Shown here one piece after another: positions 231,271 to 241,637 of a stretch of DNA of 248,000 bases. Origin of the DNA: Hyalangium minutum (GTDB lineage: Bacteria > Myxococcota > Myxococcia > Myxococcales > Myxococcaceae); NCBI RefSeq assembly GCF_000737315.1, contig NZ_JMCB01000008.1, forward strand, positions 20,001 to 268,000, given 5' to 3'. The translations under genes and the position numbers were made by a program. The notes beneath the pieces are model-generated. The model made no database searches, was not told where the DNA came from, and saw only the letters and a list, made by a program, of their open reading frames with translations. Position 1 is the first letter of the stretch, and the number at the start of each line of letters is the position of its first letter.

Positions 231271-231720
231271 GCAACGGGGCCACTGGCATCCACAGCTCAC
231301 GGAGGTCGCGAGGCCAGGACTTTTGCCACCCACTGACGAGTGTCTTCCGCCGAAGCGGCATTCTCCTGGTACATCCATGAATCAAACCTTCCCGTGCTGA
231401 TCATGTCGCAGAGTGCAGAATCGGCAGAGAGAAGTTCCGGGACGTCTCAGGGGAAAGCAACAGAAGGCACTTGCCGCGTCTTGAAATCTGGGAGGGCCAG
231501 CAGTCCCCAAGTCAGCGCTCTCCACCCAGGATTCATGCGCATGTGCGTCCGCCCCGTGATGCGAGCGGTGCTGGTTTTGTATGGTGTGGCTTCTGCCTAC
231601 TCTAGCGCGCACCAGCCCTGAACGTGCCGTCCTCGTTACTACCAAACCCTTGAAAAGACTGGGCCTGCTCCCATGCCTCAGTGCGAACCCGTGCGCTCTG
231701 GCCCTCCGCCTCGTTCGCCG

Positions 231721-231847
231721 GAGCTAACCAGTTAGCTCTGAACCTCGGGCCCGCTCGTCACTGCCAACCGGTTGGCACTGTCCCTCCGCCCCGTTCGTCA
231801 CTGCCAACCAGTTGGCTCTGTCCCTCTCCCACTGCCGATGGGTTGGC
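231721..231847. repeat. Array of palindromes at about 40-bp period
   Basis: GAGCTAAC-CA-GTTAGCTC, TGCCAAC-CG-GTTGGCA, GCCAAC-CA-GTTGGC, degenerate fourth. Confidence 0.75.
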
Positions 231848-231980
231848 CCTGGCACCTCCTGGATGCTCTCACTGCTGCCAAATGCCTGAAGGCGTTCCAC
231901 CTCCTAGGTTGTTTCAAGGGAGACTACCTGTCTGGTCTTCTTTCCCGCCCGGAGGTACCTTCTTGGGAACTTCCCACGCC

Positions 231981-233387
231981 ATGCACCCCTCTACCCTTCC
232001 TCCAGGTTCGATCGTCGGCTCCTGGCGCCTGCTGGGTCTGGCCTCCCAAGGCTCCTTTGGTGCCGTCTTCCGCGCGGAGAGCACCACCGCTCCCGAGTCA
232101 GGCCCCGTCGCTCTCAAGTTCGCGCTCCAGCCAGGGGATCCCCGCTTTGCCCTGGAGGCAGCGTTTCTCTCCCGCATGAAGCACCCGAACTTGCCCCTCC
232201 TGCGGGACTCGGGCGAGTGGCACAGCCCCAGCGGCACGACCTACTCGTTCCTGGTCATGGACTGGGAGGAGGGTCTGCCCCTGTACTCCTGGGCCCGGCT
232301 CCGGCCCCGCTCCTCGCGGGAGGTGCTGCGCGTCCTGGCTCAAGGCGCCCGCGCACTCCAAGCCATCCATTCCGCCGGTGGGCTCCACCGCGACGTCAAA
232401 GGGGACCATTTCCTCGTGCGCCCCGAAGATGGGCACGCCGTGCTGGTGGACTTCGGCTCCTGCACCTTCCGCGGCGCTCCCGTCATCACCCGCAACTCCG
232501 GGCCTCCCAGCACGCCCGAATACCTCAGCCCTCAGTCCCTCGTTCACCAGTGGAGGTTCCGCCGGGATCCCACAGCTCGCTATGAGCCCTCTGTTGCGGA
232601 TGACGTGTACGCCCTGGGCGTCACTGCCTACCGGCTCGTCACCGAGCGTTACCCGCTCATCGCCGACGACGACTCCGGAACGGATGAGGGCCAGGACGAC
232701 TCCCTCCCCATCATTCCCAAACTCGTGCCCGCGGACGTGCTCGTTCAGCTCAGCCCCGAGTTGGCCCTGTGGATCCGGCAGCTGCTGTCCGTGGAGCCCT
232801 CAGCCCGAGGAACTCCGGCGGAGTTGGTCAGGGGCCTGGAGCGGTCGGCGAACACCGAGGGCGCCAAAGCGGACAAGCCCATCGGCCCGATCAGGGCTCA
232901 CTCCGCCCCCAGAAAAGCAATTCCCCAGCAAAAGCCTCCACCTCCCATGCCGAGCCGTGCGCTCCGTTGGAAGGTGTGGTTCGGCGCCACGGCCTTGACC
233001 CTTGTGTTGGTCGCTGGAGGGGGAGGACTGCTCCATGCGCAGATGGAACAATCTTCTTCCTCCGGCCAGCCCCCCACTCTCATGCAGCAGTTCCCCACCG
233101 TGCATGCAGAGACTTCAGGGCTCGGAGAACTTGAGCTCCCGGAACCTCTAAATCCATCCGAGCCCATGCCTCCACACGAGGGGATTAACGCCCCCATCCC
233201 CGATGGTCCCCTCCAAGGCCAGCGCACGCCTCCGTGCAGGAAACCCCTGGTCGAGATCAACGGTGGCTGCTGGAGCCTCGTAGGCAATGAAACGCCTCCC
233301 TGCTCCGACATCACCTATGAGTGGCGGAAGCAGTGCTACCTGCCCTTCATGGCTCCCTCGCGGCCCTTGAACACGAGAGAAAAGTAG
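231981..233387 (+). CDS. Membrane Ser/Thr protein kinase
   Basis: VALK, HRDVKG, DFG, TM, Cys-rich EINGGCW tail. Confidence 0.8.
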   Translation: MHPSTLPPGSIVGSWRLLGLASQGSFGAVFRAESTTAPESGPVALKFALQPGDPRFALEAAFLSRMKHPNLPLLRDSGEWHSPSGTTYSFLVMDWEEGLPLYSWARLRPRSSREVLRVLAQGARALQAIHSAGGLHRDVKGDHFLVRPEDGHAVLVDFGSCTFRGAPVITRNSGPPSTPEYLSPQSLVHQWRFRRDPTARYEPSVADDVYALGVTAYRLVTERYPLIADDDSGTDEGQDDSLPIIPKLVPADVLVQLSPELALWIRQLLSVEPSARGTPAELVRGLERSANTEGAKADKPIGPIRAHSAPRKAIPQQKPPPPMPSRALRWKVWFGATALTLVLVAGGGGLLHAQMEQSSSSGQPPTLMQQFPTVHAETSGLGELELPEPLNPSEPMPPHEGINAPIPDGPLQGQRTPPCRKPLVEINGGCWSLVGNETPPCSDITYEWRKQCYLPFMAPSRPLNTREK

Positions 233388-233433
233388 CTGGCCGTCGAGA
233401 CATTCAGTAGGTCCACAGCAGACGGAGGAACTG

Positions 233434-233661
233434 ATGCAGACCGTGGGGGAAAAGCTCTTCGCTCAAGGGGAGGCCAAGGGAGAGGCCAAGGGCCAAGCCA
233501 AGTACCTCCTCCGGACCCTGGACCGGCGCGGTATTCCCATGGATGCCAAGACCCGTCGGCGCATCCTTGCTTGCAAGGACACCCGCCTGCTCGACCAGTG
233601 GTGTGACCGGGCCCTGACCGCCACCACCCTGGCCGAAGTCCTGGGCGAAGCCTCCAAATAG
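233434..233661 (+). pseudogene. Rpn/transposase-31-like C-terminal fragment
   Basis: G..KGEAKG..K.LL..L..RG...LDQW.DRA. Confidence 0.6.
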
Positions 233662-233753
233662 CCCCGCCCGAACGTCTCCAGGTATCCGAAATACCCCGGG
233701 GGGCTCACACAAGCCCCCCATCCGGGCCGCTCTGGTGCTATCTGTCCCGGGCC

Positions 233754-236700
233754 ATGGCCCAGCCCCTTTTCGCTACGGTCCCCAACGAGATCGACTTCCC
233801 CGCCGACGAGCGCCGCATCCTCGCCTTCTGGAAGGAACGCCGAATCTTCGAGCAGACGCTCGAGGGCCGGGACGCTGCCCCTCCCTTCATCTTCTACGAG
233901 GGCCCGCCCACCGCCAACGGCCTCCCCCACAACGGTCACGTCCTCACCCGCGTCATCAAGGACCTCTTCCCTCGCTACAAGACCATGCGCGGCTTCCGCG
234001 TCCCCCGCAAAGCCGGCTGGGACACCCACGGCCTCCCCGTCGAGGTGGAAGTCGAGAAGGAGCTCCGCATCCACGGTAAGGCGGAGATTGAGCGCTACGG
234101 CGTCGAGCCCTTCACCCAGCGCTGCATCGAGTCCGTCTTCCGCTACACCAATGAGTGGGAGCGCCTCACCGAGCGCATCGGCTTCTGGGTCGACCTCCCC
234201 GACGCTTACGTCACCTACCACCGCTCCTACGTCGAGAGCGTCTGGTGGGCCCTCGCCGAGCTGTTCCGCAAGGGCCTCCTCTACCAGGGCCACAAAATCG
234301 TCTGGTGGTGGCCCCAGGGCGGAACCGCCCTCAGCTCCGGCGAAGTCGGCATGGGCTATCGCACCGTCGATGACCCCAGCGCCTACGTCGCCTTCCCCCT
234401 GAGAGGCCAGCCCGACACGGCGCTCCTCATCTGGACCACCACCCCCTGGACACTCCCGTCCAACATGTACGCCGCCGTGAACCCCTCGGTGGACTACGTC
234501 ACCGTGGACGCCGGCGACCGCAAGCTCATCATCGCCGCAGCCCTCCGCGAGGAGCTCGCCAAGAAGCTCAAGAAGGACCTGCCCATCCTGGAGACCCAGA
234601 AGGGCAGCGAGCTCGTCGGCCGCCGCTACTTCCCGCCCTATGACGTCTACTTCCAGCGCGCCGGCTCCACCGAGCTGCCCCTGAAGGCCGGAGGCTCGGA
234701 CTCGCCCGCCTGGCGCGTCATCGCCGCCGACTTCGTCACCCTCACCAGCGGCACCGGCATCGTCCACATCGCCCCCGCCTTCGGCGAGGACGACTACAAC
234801 GCCTTCCGCCAGGAGCGCACCCGCTTCACCCAGCCCGACGCCCTCGAGATGTTCTGCGCCATCCGCTCGGATGGCACCTTCTCCGACGACTTCCCCGGCA
234901 TTGCCGGCAAGTTCGTCAAGGACGCCGACAAGGACATCTCCCGCGCCCTCAAGGAGCGCGGCTTGCTGGTGCTCATGGAGCAGTACAAGCACGAGTACCC
235001 GTTCTGCTGGCGCGCCGATGACGACCCGCTCATCCAGTTCGCCCGCCCCGCCTGGTACATCCGCACCACCCAGGTGAAGGACCAGGCCATCGCCAACAAC
235101 CGCGCCGTCAACTGGGTCCCCGAGCACATCAAGGAAGGCCGCTTCGGCGACTTCCTCGCCAACAACGTGGACTGGGCCCTCTCCCGCGAGCGCTACTGGG
235201 GCACCGCGCTCCCCCTGTGGATCCACTCGGAGACGGGCGAGGTGGAGGCCATCCCCTCGCTCCAGGCCCTGCGCGAGAAGCCCGGCAGCAACCTCGCCGC
235301 CGTCGAGGCCGAGCTCAAGGCCTTCCTCGCCCAGAAGCCCGGTGCCACCACCGCCGAGCACCTCATCGTCCACAAGCCGTGGATCGACAAGGTCACCTAC
235401 GAGAAGCCCGGCACCCCCGGCCGCTTCACCCGCGTGCCCGAAGTCATCGACGTGTGGTTCGACTCGGGCTGCATGCCCTTCGCCCAGTGGGGTTTCCCCC
235501 ACGCCCAGGGCTCGCGCGAGAAGTTCACCCAGGCCTTCCCCGCTGACTTCATCTCCGAGGCCATCGACCAGACGCGCGGCTGGTTCTACTCGCTGCTGAT
235601 GATCAGCACGCTCGTCTTCGATGAGGAGACGCAGAAGCGAGAGAACATCCTCCCGTCCCACGGCTGGCCGCACCCGTACAAGAGCTGCATCGTGCTCGGC
235701 CACGTCTCCGACAAGGAGGGCAAGAAGGAGTCCAAGTCCAAGGGCAACTACACCCCGCCCGAGATCATCCTCGATGAAGTCCGCATGGACTTCGCCGTGC
235801 TGGATGACAAGGCCGCCGGCGTCAACGGCGTGGCCGGCGAGGCGCTCATCGCCCGCGAGGACCTCGAGGGCCTCGACATGCAGGAGGGCGTCAAGGTCCA
235901 GGTGTTCCGCCCGGATCAACCCGGCACCGCCCTCACGCTCACGGTGAAGGCCCACAAGAAGCTCAAGCGGCGCGTGCTGCTGCTGGCGAAGAAGGACCTG
236001 GAGGCGCTGAGCGTGGCGCCCTCGGCCAAGGGCGCGGATGTCATGCCCGTGGAGGTGCCCCGCCTGGCTCCCTCCGAGCGCGTGGTGCTCAAGGACCCCG
236101 CCTCCAAGGCCCCCGGCGCGGACGCCTTCCGCTGGTTCTTCTACGCGGCCAGCCCCACCTGGTCCAACACGCGCCACTCGCTGAGCAACGTGCGCCTGTT
236201 GCAGAAGGACTTCCAGGTCAAGCTGCGCAACGTCTACTCGTTCTTCACCATCTACGCGAACATCGACGGGTTCTCGCCCGCCACCGGCAACCCGGACGCC
236301 TCCGAGGCCCCGTGGCTCGCCATCCGCAAGAGCCAGGGCTGGCGCGAGCCCAAGGTCCGCACGGTGTTGGACAAGTGGATCCTCTCCGAAGTGCAGCTCG
236401 CCCTGCGCGACACGGCCCGCCACCTGGACGGCTACCACGTCTATGAGGCGGCCCAGCGGCTGGTGGCGCTCGTGGACGCGCTCTCCAACTGGTACCTGCG
236501 CCGCAGCCGCGACCGCTTCTGGGCTCCCGGCCTGGAGCAGGACAAGCTCGACGCGTACTACACGCTGTACGAGGCGCTCACCGCCATCGCCTCCATGTCC
236601 GCGCCCTTCATCCCCTTCTTCGCCGAGGAGATGTGGCTCAACCTGGTGCGCCGCCCCTGGCCGCACTCCCAGCCGGAGAGCGTCCACCTGGGCCGCTTCC

Positions 236701-237485
236701 CCGACGCCGACGAGCGCCTCATCGACGAGGGGCTCGCCGCGGAGATGGGCGCGGTGCGCGAGCTGGTGTCCCTGGGCCTCAAGGTCCGCACCGACAACCG
236801 CCTCAAGGTCCGCCAGCCCCTGTCCCGCGTGGACGTCATCCTCGCGCGCTCGGAGCTGAAGGAGCGCGTGGCCGTCTACAAGGAACTCATCGCCGACGAG
236901 CTGAACGTCCACGAGGTGCACTTCCTCGAGGCCGGCCAGGAGACGGACGTGGTCCGCTACAAGGTCCGCCCCAACCTGCGCGCGGTGGGCAGCCGGCTCG
237001 GGCCCAAGCTGGCGCCGGTGCGCAAGGCGTTCGACTCGGCGGATGGCCGCATCCTCCAGCGCGAGCTGTCCCTCAAGGGCATGGTCTCCATCACCGTGGA
237101 CGGCGAGCGCATGGCGTTCCCCGCCGAGGAGCTGGAGGTGCTCGTGGAGGCCAACCCCGGCTTCGCCGCCGCAGGCGCGAGCGTGGGCGTGGTGGTGCTC
237201 TACACCGAGCTGACCGAGGCGCTGGTGGACGAGGGCCTCGTGCGCGAGCTGCTCGCCCGCGTGCAGGCGGCGCGCAAGGACATGGCGCTGGGCTATACGG
237301 ACCGCATCCGCCTCTGGGTGGACGGCGACGCGCGGGTGCTCCGGGTGACGCAGGCCTCCAAGGAGTTCATCTCCCGCGAGACGCTCGCCTCCGAGCTGAA
237401 CGTGGGCCCCGAGGGCCTCACCGGCAAGGAGGAGGAGTTCAACCTCAACGGCCTGCCCACGCGCATCCGCGTCGAGCGCGCCTGA
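233754..237485 (+). CDS. ileS: Isoleucine-tRNA ligase, type 2
   Basis: EGPPTANG.PH.GH, GWDTHG, WTTTPWT, GTGIVH, DQTRGWFY, KESKS. Confidence 0.93.
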   Translation: MAQPLFATVPNEIDFPADERRILAFWKERRIFEQTLEGRDAAPPFIFYEGPPTANGLPHNGHVLTRVIKDLFPRYKTMRGFRVPRKAGWDTHGLPVEVEVEKELRIHGKAEIERYGVEPFTQRCIESVFRYTNEWERLTERIGFWVDLPDAYVTYHRSYVESVWWALAELFRKGLLYQGHKIVWWWPQGGTALSSGEVGMGYRTVDDPSAYVAFPLRGQPDTALLIWTTTPWTLPSNMYAAVNPSVDYVTVDAGDRKLIIAAALREELAKKLKKDLPILETQKGSELVGRRYFPPYDVYFQRAGSTELPLKAGGSDSPAWRVIAADFVTLTSGTGIVHIAPAFGEDDYNAFRQERTRFTQPDALEMFCAIRSDGTFSDDFPGIAGKFVKDADKDISRALKERGLLVLMEQYKHEYPFCWRADDDPLIQFARPAWYIRTTQVKDQAIANNRAVNWVPEHIKEGRFGDFLANNVDWALSRERYWGTALPLWIHSETGEVEAIPSLQALREKPGSNLAAVEAELKAFLAQKPGATTAEHLIVHKPWIDKVTYEKPGTPGRFTRVPEVIDVWFDSGCMPFAQWGFPHAQGSREKFTQAFPADFISEAIDQTRGWFYSLLMISTLVFDEETQKRENILPSHGWPHPYKSCIVLGHVSDKEGKKESKSKGNYTPPEIILDEVRMDFAVLDDKAAGVNGVAGEALIAREDLEGLDMQEGVKVQVFRPDQPGTALTLTVKAHKKLKRRVLLLAKKDLEALSVAPSAKGADVMPVEVPRLAPSERVVLKDPASKAPGADAFRWFFYAASPTWSNTRHSLSNVRLLQKDFQVKLRNVYSFFTIYANIDGFSPATGNPDASEAPWLAIRKSQGWREPKVRTVLDKWILSEVQLALRDTARHLDGYHVYEAAQRLVALVDALSNWYLRRSRDRFWAPGLEQDKLDAYYTLYEALTAIASMSAPFIPFFAEEMWLNLVRRPWPHSQPESVHLGRFPDADERLIDEGLAAEMGAVRELVSLGLKVRTDNRLKVRQPLSRVDVILARSELKERVAVYKELIADELNVHEVHFLEAGQETDVVRYKVRPNLRAVGSRLGPKLAPVRKAFDSADGRILQRELSLKGMVSITVDGERMAFPAEELEVLVEANPGFAAAGASVGVVVLYTELTEALVDEGLVRELLARVQAARKDMALGYTDRIRLWVDGDARVLRVTQASKEFISRETLASELNVGPEGLTGKEEEFNLNGLPTRIRVERA

Positions 237486-237513
237486 CAGGCAGAGCCAAGG
237501 CCCAGGGGCTCGC

Positions 237514-238872
237514 TCAGGGAGTCGCGAGCCGAGCCCCAGGGCCCTCCAGCGGGAGAATCCAGGGCCGGGGCGAGAGGCTGTACCGGTACGCCGCCAGGTC
237601 CACCGTTGGGTCCACGAGGAGTTGGCGGGGCCGCCCGTTCAATCGGACGGCCACCCAGGCTCGCACTTCCACTCCGGGTTGTCCCTGGCGCGCGTACTCC
237701 TCCGAGACGTGACGCGCGAAGGTGGCCAGCATGTCCGGGTGGGTCACCATCCGGTACGCCTGCTTGTCGGTGAGGTAGCGCAGCGGCTCCACCTCCCAGC
237801 GCTCACCGGAGGCTGGATCCGTGGCCTCGAAGCGCGCGTGGGCCCGCTTCTCCATGATCTTCATGTGCCAGGAGAAGAGGAACCCCTCCTCGTTCCAGAG
237901 CACTGGCCCCGGGTAGAGCCAGTGCCGCAGCGGCACCAGCACCTGCACGGTGAAGTGCACGCACAGCAGCACGGTGAGCCACGCCGCGGGCCGCCGCTCC
238001 AGCGCGGGCGCTGGGCTCTCCGCCGTGGGTGCAGACAGCGTCCCCGTACGAGCCCACGCAAGCGCCCGACGCGGCCAGTCCGGCTCGAAGAACAGGAGCA
238101 GCAGCGAGGCCGCCATCCACGGGAACACGCCGATGTTGAGCAGCAGCCCCGTCATCAAATGGAAGGACAACAGGGCGGCATAAGCCACCGGCCGCGTGCG
238201 CCTCCACAGCATGAATGGAGGGCCTAGCAGCACGACGAGCATGCCTCCCCAGCTCGCCCCGAGCGCCAGGACGGGCAGTGGCACCACGGGTGCCAGCGCA
238301 CGGGCCACCGGAGTGCCATCCAGCCACTGCACCAGGGGCTGGCCGTGGAGCAGCCAATCCGGCTGAAGCTTCGCCATCCCCGAGAAGGCATACGCCACCA
238401 TCAGCTGCGCGCGCAGCGTCCACAGGCACCAGGCGGGCACGGTGTCCCGGCGCAGTTCCGGGCGGCGCCGTGCATCCAGCGACCAGAGCCCCTCCAGCGG
238501 CATCAGCGCCATGAGGAAGGCCAGCAGGCACGCCAGGTAGTAGTGGTTCAGGTAGTGCGTCCGGTCCAGCAGCTGGACGTACGAGAACCCCACGGCCAGC
238601 ACGAGCATGCACGCCCGGTAGAACAGGCCCAGCATGACCCCCACCGCCGCCACCCCCAGCACGGCAAAGAGGGCGTACATCCCCACGGCCGACAGAGGCT
238701 TCACCCACCCGAACCCGGGAAACGTGAAGAAGAAGGAGGGAGCCACGTAGTAGGCGTGGATCCACCCCTTGAGGAAGTAGCGCAGGATCGCGGCGGCCAT
238801 GACCGCGCCGAAGGCGATGCGGAGCACCGCCAACGAGGCCACGTCCACGGGCCGAAGCAGCCACCGGGGCAT
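237514..238872 (-). CDS. HTTM-domain (VKGC-like) membrane protein
   Basis: SLAVLRI.FG, YLNH.Y, FSW.MK. Confidence 0.8.
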   Translation of the reverse strand: MPRWLLRPVDVASLAVLRIAFGAVMAAAILRYFLKGWIHAYYVAPSFFFTFPGFGWVKPLSAVGMYALFAVLGVAAVGVMLGLFYRACMLVLAVGFSYVQLLDRTHYLNHYYLACLLAFLMALMPLEGLWSLDARRRPELRRDTVPAWCLWTLRAQLMVAYAFSGMAKLQPDWLLHGQPLVQWLDGTPVARALAPVVPLPVLALGASWGGMLVVLLGPPFMLWRRTRPVAYAALLSFHLMTGLLLNIGVFPWMAASLLLLFFEPDWPRRALAWARTGTLSAPTAESPAPALERRPAAWLTVLLCVHFTVQVLVPLRHWLYPGPVLWNEEGFLFSWHMKIMEKRAHARFEATDPASGERWEVEPLRYLTDKQAYRMVTHPDMLATFARHVSEEYARQGQPGVEVRAWVAVRLNGRPRQLLVDPTVDLAAYRYSLSPRPWILPLEGPGARLATP

Positions 238873-238875
238873 GCG

Positions 238876-239517
238876 TCAGTCGAAGTCCGAGTCCCCGCCA
238901 CTGCCCGTATCGCCCAAGCATCCACCGCCACCCGAGGGATCCGTGCCGCGGTCATTCTCCTCGTCGTGGCGCACCTGGAACTCACACACCAGCGAGGTGC
239001 CGTCCTCGAAGAACAGCTTCAGCGTCGTCGACAGGCGGTTCTCCACGAAGGTGACGACCCGCTCCAGCGTGCCTGTCCGCAGCTTCGGACGAAGGCCCTG
239101 GGTCACCAAGTCCCAGTGCTTGATCTCGGGCGAGGGCGCGGGGATGAACCCTCCCGTACCGCCTGTACCACCATCCGCGCCGCCCGTGCCGCCATCCGTA
239201 CCGCCCGGGGTTCCACCGGGAGCCACCTCGCTCGGCAGGTTCAGCTCCACGCCTCCCGAGAGCACCGAGGAGCGAGCCACCACCGCGCTCATCACCACCT
239301 TCCGCTGGCCAAAGCTGACGGAGAGGATGTCCTCATTGTTGAGGTAGTTGATGGCGTAGAAGCTCTCCGGATCGATCTCATCCGACACCGCCAGGTTGCC
239401 GATGAACCCCTCGCAGCGCCCCGACGACGTGGAGGCGCGAGAGCAGTCACAGCGGCTGGTCATCATGACCAGGGCCATGAGGGAGAGAATCAGGTACGAC
239501 CGCGAGGATTTCTTCAT
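238876..239517 (-). CDS. Hypothetical exported protein
   Basis: Signal-like N-terminus, Gly-rich linker. Confidence 0.5.
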   Translation of the reverse strand: MKKSSRSYLILSLMALVMMTSRCDCSRASTSSGRCEGFIGNLAVSDEIDPESFYAINYLNNEDILSVSFGQRKVVMSAVVARSSVLSGGVELNLPSEVAPGGTPGGTDGGTGGADGGTGGTGGFIPAPSPEIKHWDLVTQGLRPKLRTGTLERVVTFVENRLSTTLKLFFEDGTSLVCEFQVRHDEENDRGTDPSGGGGCLGDTGSGGDSDFD

Positions 239518-239602
239518 GGTGGGGGGGCCTGGGTGCTCGGGGAGTGGCAACGCCACGAACCGGCAGTATTGGGTGGAAGAGAAGCCGCGGTCCAGAGGAG
239601 GC

Positions 239603-240214
239603 TCAGGCCCCCGAGCGCAACACCTTGAGGGCCTCGCGGAACAGCGCCTGGAAGGCGGCCTCGGGCCCCAGCCGCTCTCCGGCCATCTCCGCGGCCTTCT
239701 CCGCCTGCGGCGCCTTGTAGCCCAGGTTCAGCAGCGCCGAGACCAGGTCCGCCATGGGCCCCGCGGCCGGAGGCGGCGTCACCGCGCCCTTGGCCACGGC
239801 CTCCAGGTGGAGCGTCTTCACCTTCTCCTTGAGCTCCAGCACGAGCCGCTCGGCCGTCTTCTTGCCGATGCCGTGAATCTTGGTGAGCCGCGCCACCTCT
239901 TCCTTGGCGATGGCCACCACCAGCTCCGGCACCTCCATCCCGGACAGCACGGTGAGCGCCAGCCGCGGCCCCACGTGCGACACCGAGGTGAGCAGCAGGA
240001 ACATCTCCTCCTCGCCTCGAGTGAGGAAGCCAAACAGCTCGAAGGCGTCCTCGCGCACCACCGTGCGCACGCGCACCTGGACGGGCTGGCCCTCCGCGGG
240101 CAGCTTCCCCATCGTCAGCGTGGAGAAGAAGACACGGTAGCCCACCCCTCCCACGTCGATGATGGACTCGTCGAGGCCCTTCTCCTGCAGGGTTCCGCGC
240201 AGTGCCGCGATCAT
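239603..240214 (-). CDS. ruvA: Holliday junction protein RuvA
   Basis: MIA.L.G, GVGY, G.G.K.A.R, LGY. Confidence 0.95.
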   Translation of the reverse strand: MIAALRGTLQEKGLDESIIDVGGVGYRVFFSTLTMGKLPAEGQPVQVRVRTVVREDAFELFGFLTRGEEEMFLLLTSVSHVGPRLALTVLSGMEVPELVVAIAKEEVARLTKIHGIGKKTAERLVLELKEKVKTLHLEAVAKGAVTPPPAAGPMADLVSALLNLGYKAPQAEKAAEMAGERLGPEAAFQALFREALKVLRSGA

Positions 240215-240792
240215 CGCGCCTCCGGGCGCCGGTAGGACGGGCTCAGCCGATCCGCGAGGAGCGCCGCCGCGCCCTTGCGGCCCTTGGCGCGAGCCCCGCG
240301 AGAGCTGCCCGCGAGCAGGCCCGCGGCCCGGCCCTGGTTCAAGTGGCACAGCGCCACCGCGAGGGCGTCGCTGGCATCCGCCCGCTCAATCTCGTCGAGC
240401 CTCAGCAGGGAGCAAACCATGCGAGCAATGGCGTCCTTGCCGTCCGCGCCGCCCGCGCCCACCGAGCGCTTCACCTTCGCCGGCGGGTACTCGTACACGG
240501 GCAGCCCCGCCTGGGCCGCCGCCAGCAGCGCCACGCCTCGCGCGTGCCCCAGCACCAGGGCGCTGCGTGCGTTGCGGAAGGTGAAGACACCCTCCACCGC
240601 CACCGCCTCGGGCTTGAGGTGGCGCAGCGCGCCCGTCAGCTCGGCGTGCAGCACCATCAGCCGCTCGTGCAGTGGGGCGTTGGGGTCCACCTTGATGACC
240701 CCATGGGCCACATGGGTGAGCCGGCCCCGCCGCTCCTCCACCACGCCATAGCCCATGAAGCGGCTGCCAGGATCGACCCCTAGGACGCGCAC
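240211..240792 (-). CDS. ruvC: Holliday junction resolvase RuvC
   Basis: LGVDPG, VE, DA.A.A.CH. Confidence 0.95.
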   Translation of the reverse strand: MRVLGVDPGSRFMGYGVVEERRGRLTHVAHGVIKVDPNAPLHERLMVLHAELTGALRHLKPEAVAVEGVFTFRNARSALVLGHARGVALLAAAQAGLPVYEYPPAKVKRSVGAGGADGKDAIARMVCSLLRLDEIERADASDALAVALCHLNQGRAAGLLAGSSRGARAKGRKGAAALLADRLSPSYRRPEAR

Positions 240793-240824
240793 GTTCCTCT
240801 CCACCACCCCAACGAAACAGGTGT

Positions 240825-241574
240825 TCAGCCTTGTAACGCGTCCATCAACGCCTCGTCGATCTCGAAGTTGGCGTGGACGTTCTGGACGTCGTCGTTGTCC
240901 TCCAGCGCGTCCATCAGCTTGAGCATCTTCTTGGCGTTCTCGCCCTCGAGCTTCACCGTGTTCTGCGGGAAGAAGCTCCACCTCTGCTCGCCCAGCTTGA
241001 GCCCCGCCGACTCCAGGCTGTTGGCCACCGTGTGCAGGTCCACAGGCGCCGTGCGCACCTCGAAGCCGTCCGTTCCCTGGTTGATGACGTCCTCGGCGCC
241101 GGCCTCGATGGCCTTCTCCATCACCTGGTCCTCGGAGGGGCCCGGCTTCACGGCGATGACGCCCTTCTTCTGGAACATCCAGCCGACCGCGCCCTCGGCG
241201 CCGAGGTTGCCTCCACCCTTGTTGAAGAGGATCCGCACGTCTCCCGCGGTGCGGTTGCGGTTGTCCGTGAGGCACTCGACCAGGACAGCCACGCCGCCGG
241301 GGCCATAGCCCTCGTACATCACCTCTTCGTAGCTCTCGCCCTCCAGCTCGCCGGTGCCCTTCTTGATGGCGCGCTCGATGGAGTCCTTGGGCATGTTCGC
241401 CTCGCGCGCCGCGGCGATGGCGACGCGCAGGCGGGCGTTACCGGTGGGATCCCCGCCGCCCAGGCGGGCCGCGACGGTGAGCTCCTTGATGACCTTGCTG
241501 TACAGCTTGCCCTTGGTCGCGCCCATGGCGGCCTTCTGGCGCTTGATCTTGGACCATCGGTTATGACCGGACAT
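240825..241574 (-). CDS. YebC/PmpR family protein
   Basis: MSGHNRW, YEGYGP.G, DDVQNV. Confidence 0.95.
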   Translation of the reverse strand: MSGHNRWSKIKRQKAAMGATKGKLYSKVIKELTVAARLGGGDPTGNARLRVAIAAAREANMPKDSIERAIKKGTGELEGESYEEVMYEGYGPGGVAVLVECLTDNRNRTAGDVRILFNKGGGNLGAEGAVGWMFQKKGVIAVKPGPSEDQVMEKAIEAGAEDVINQGTDGFEVRTAPVDLHTVANSLESAGLKLGEQRWSFFPQNTVKLEGENAKKMLKLMDALEDNDDVQNVHANFEIDEALMDALQG

Positions 241575-241637
241575 GGCGGGGCAACTTCTCCCCTAACCCC
241601 ACCCACCGAGTCAAACCCCGAGTCGAACGGCCAGGGA

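Noticed and set aside
231721-231847. Possible CRISPR array
   Set aside because: Only 3-4 units of 40 bp, spacers partly repeated, no cas genes in the window
233463-236921. 1152-aa minus-strand ORF
   Set aside because: Antisense shadow of ileS
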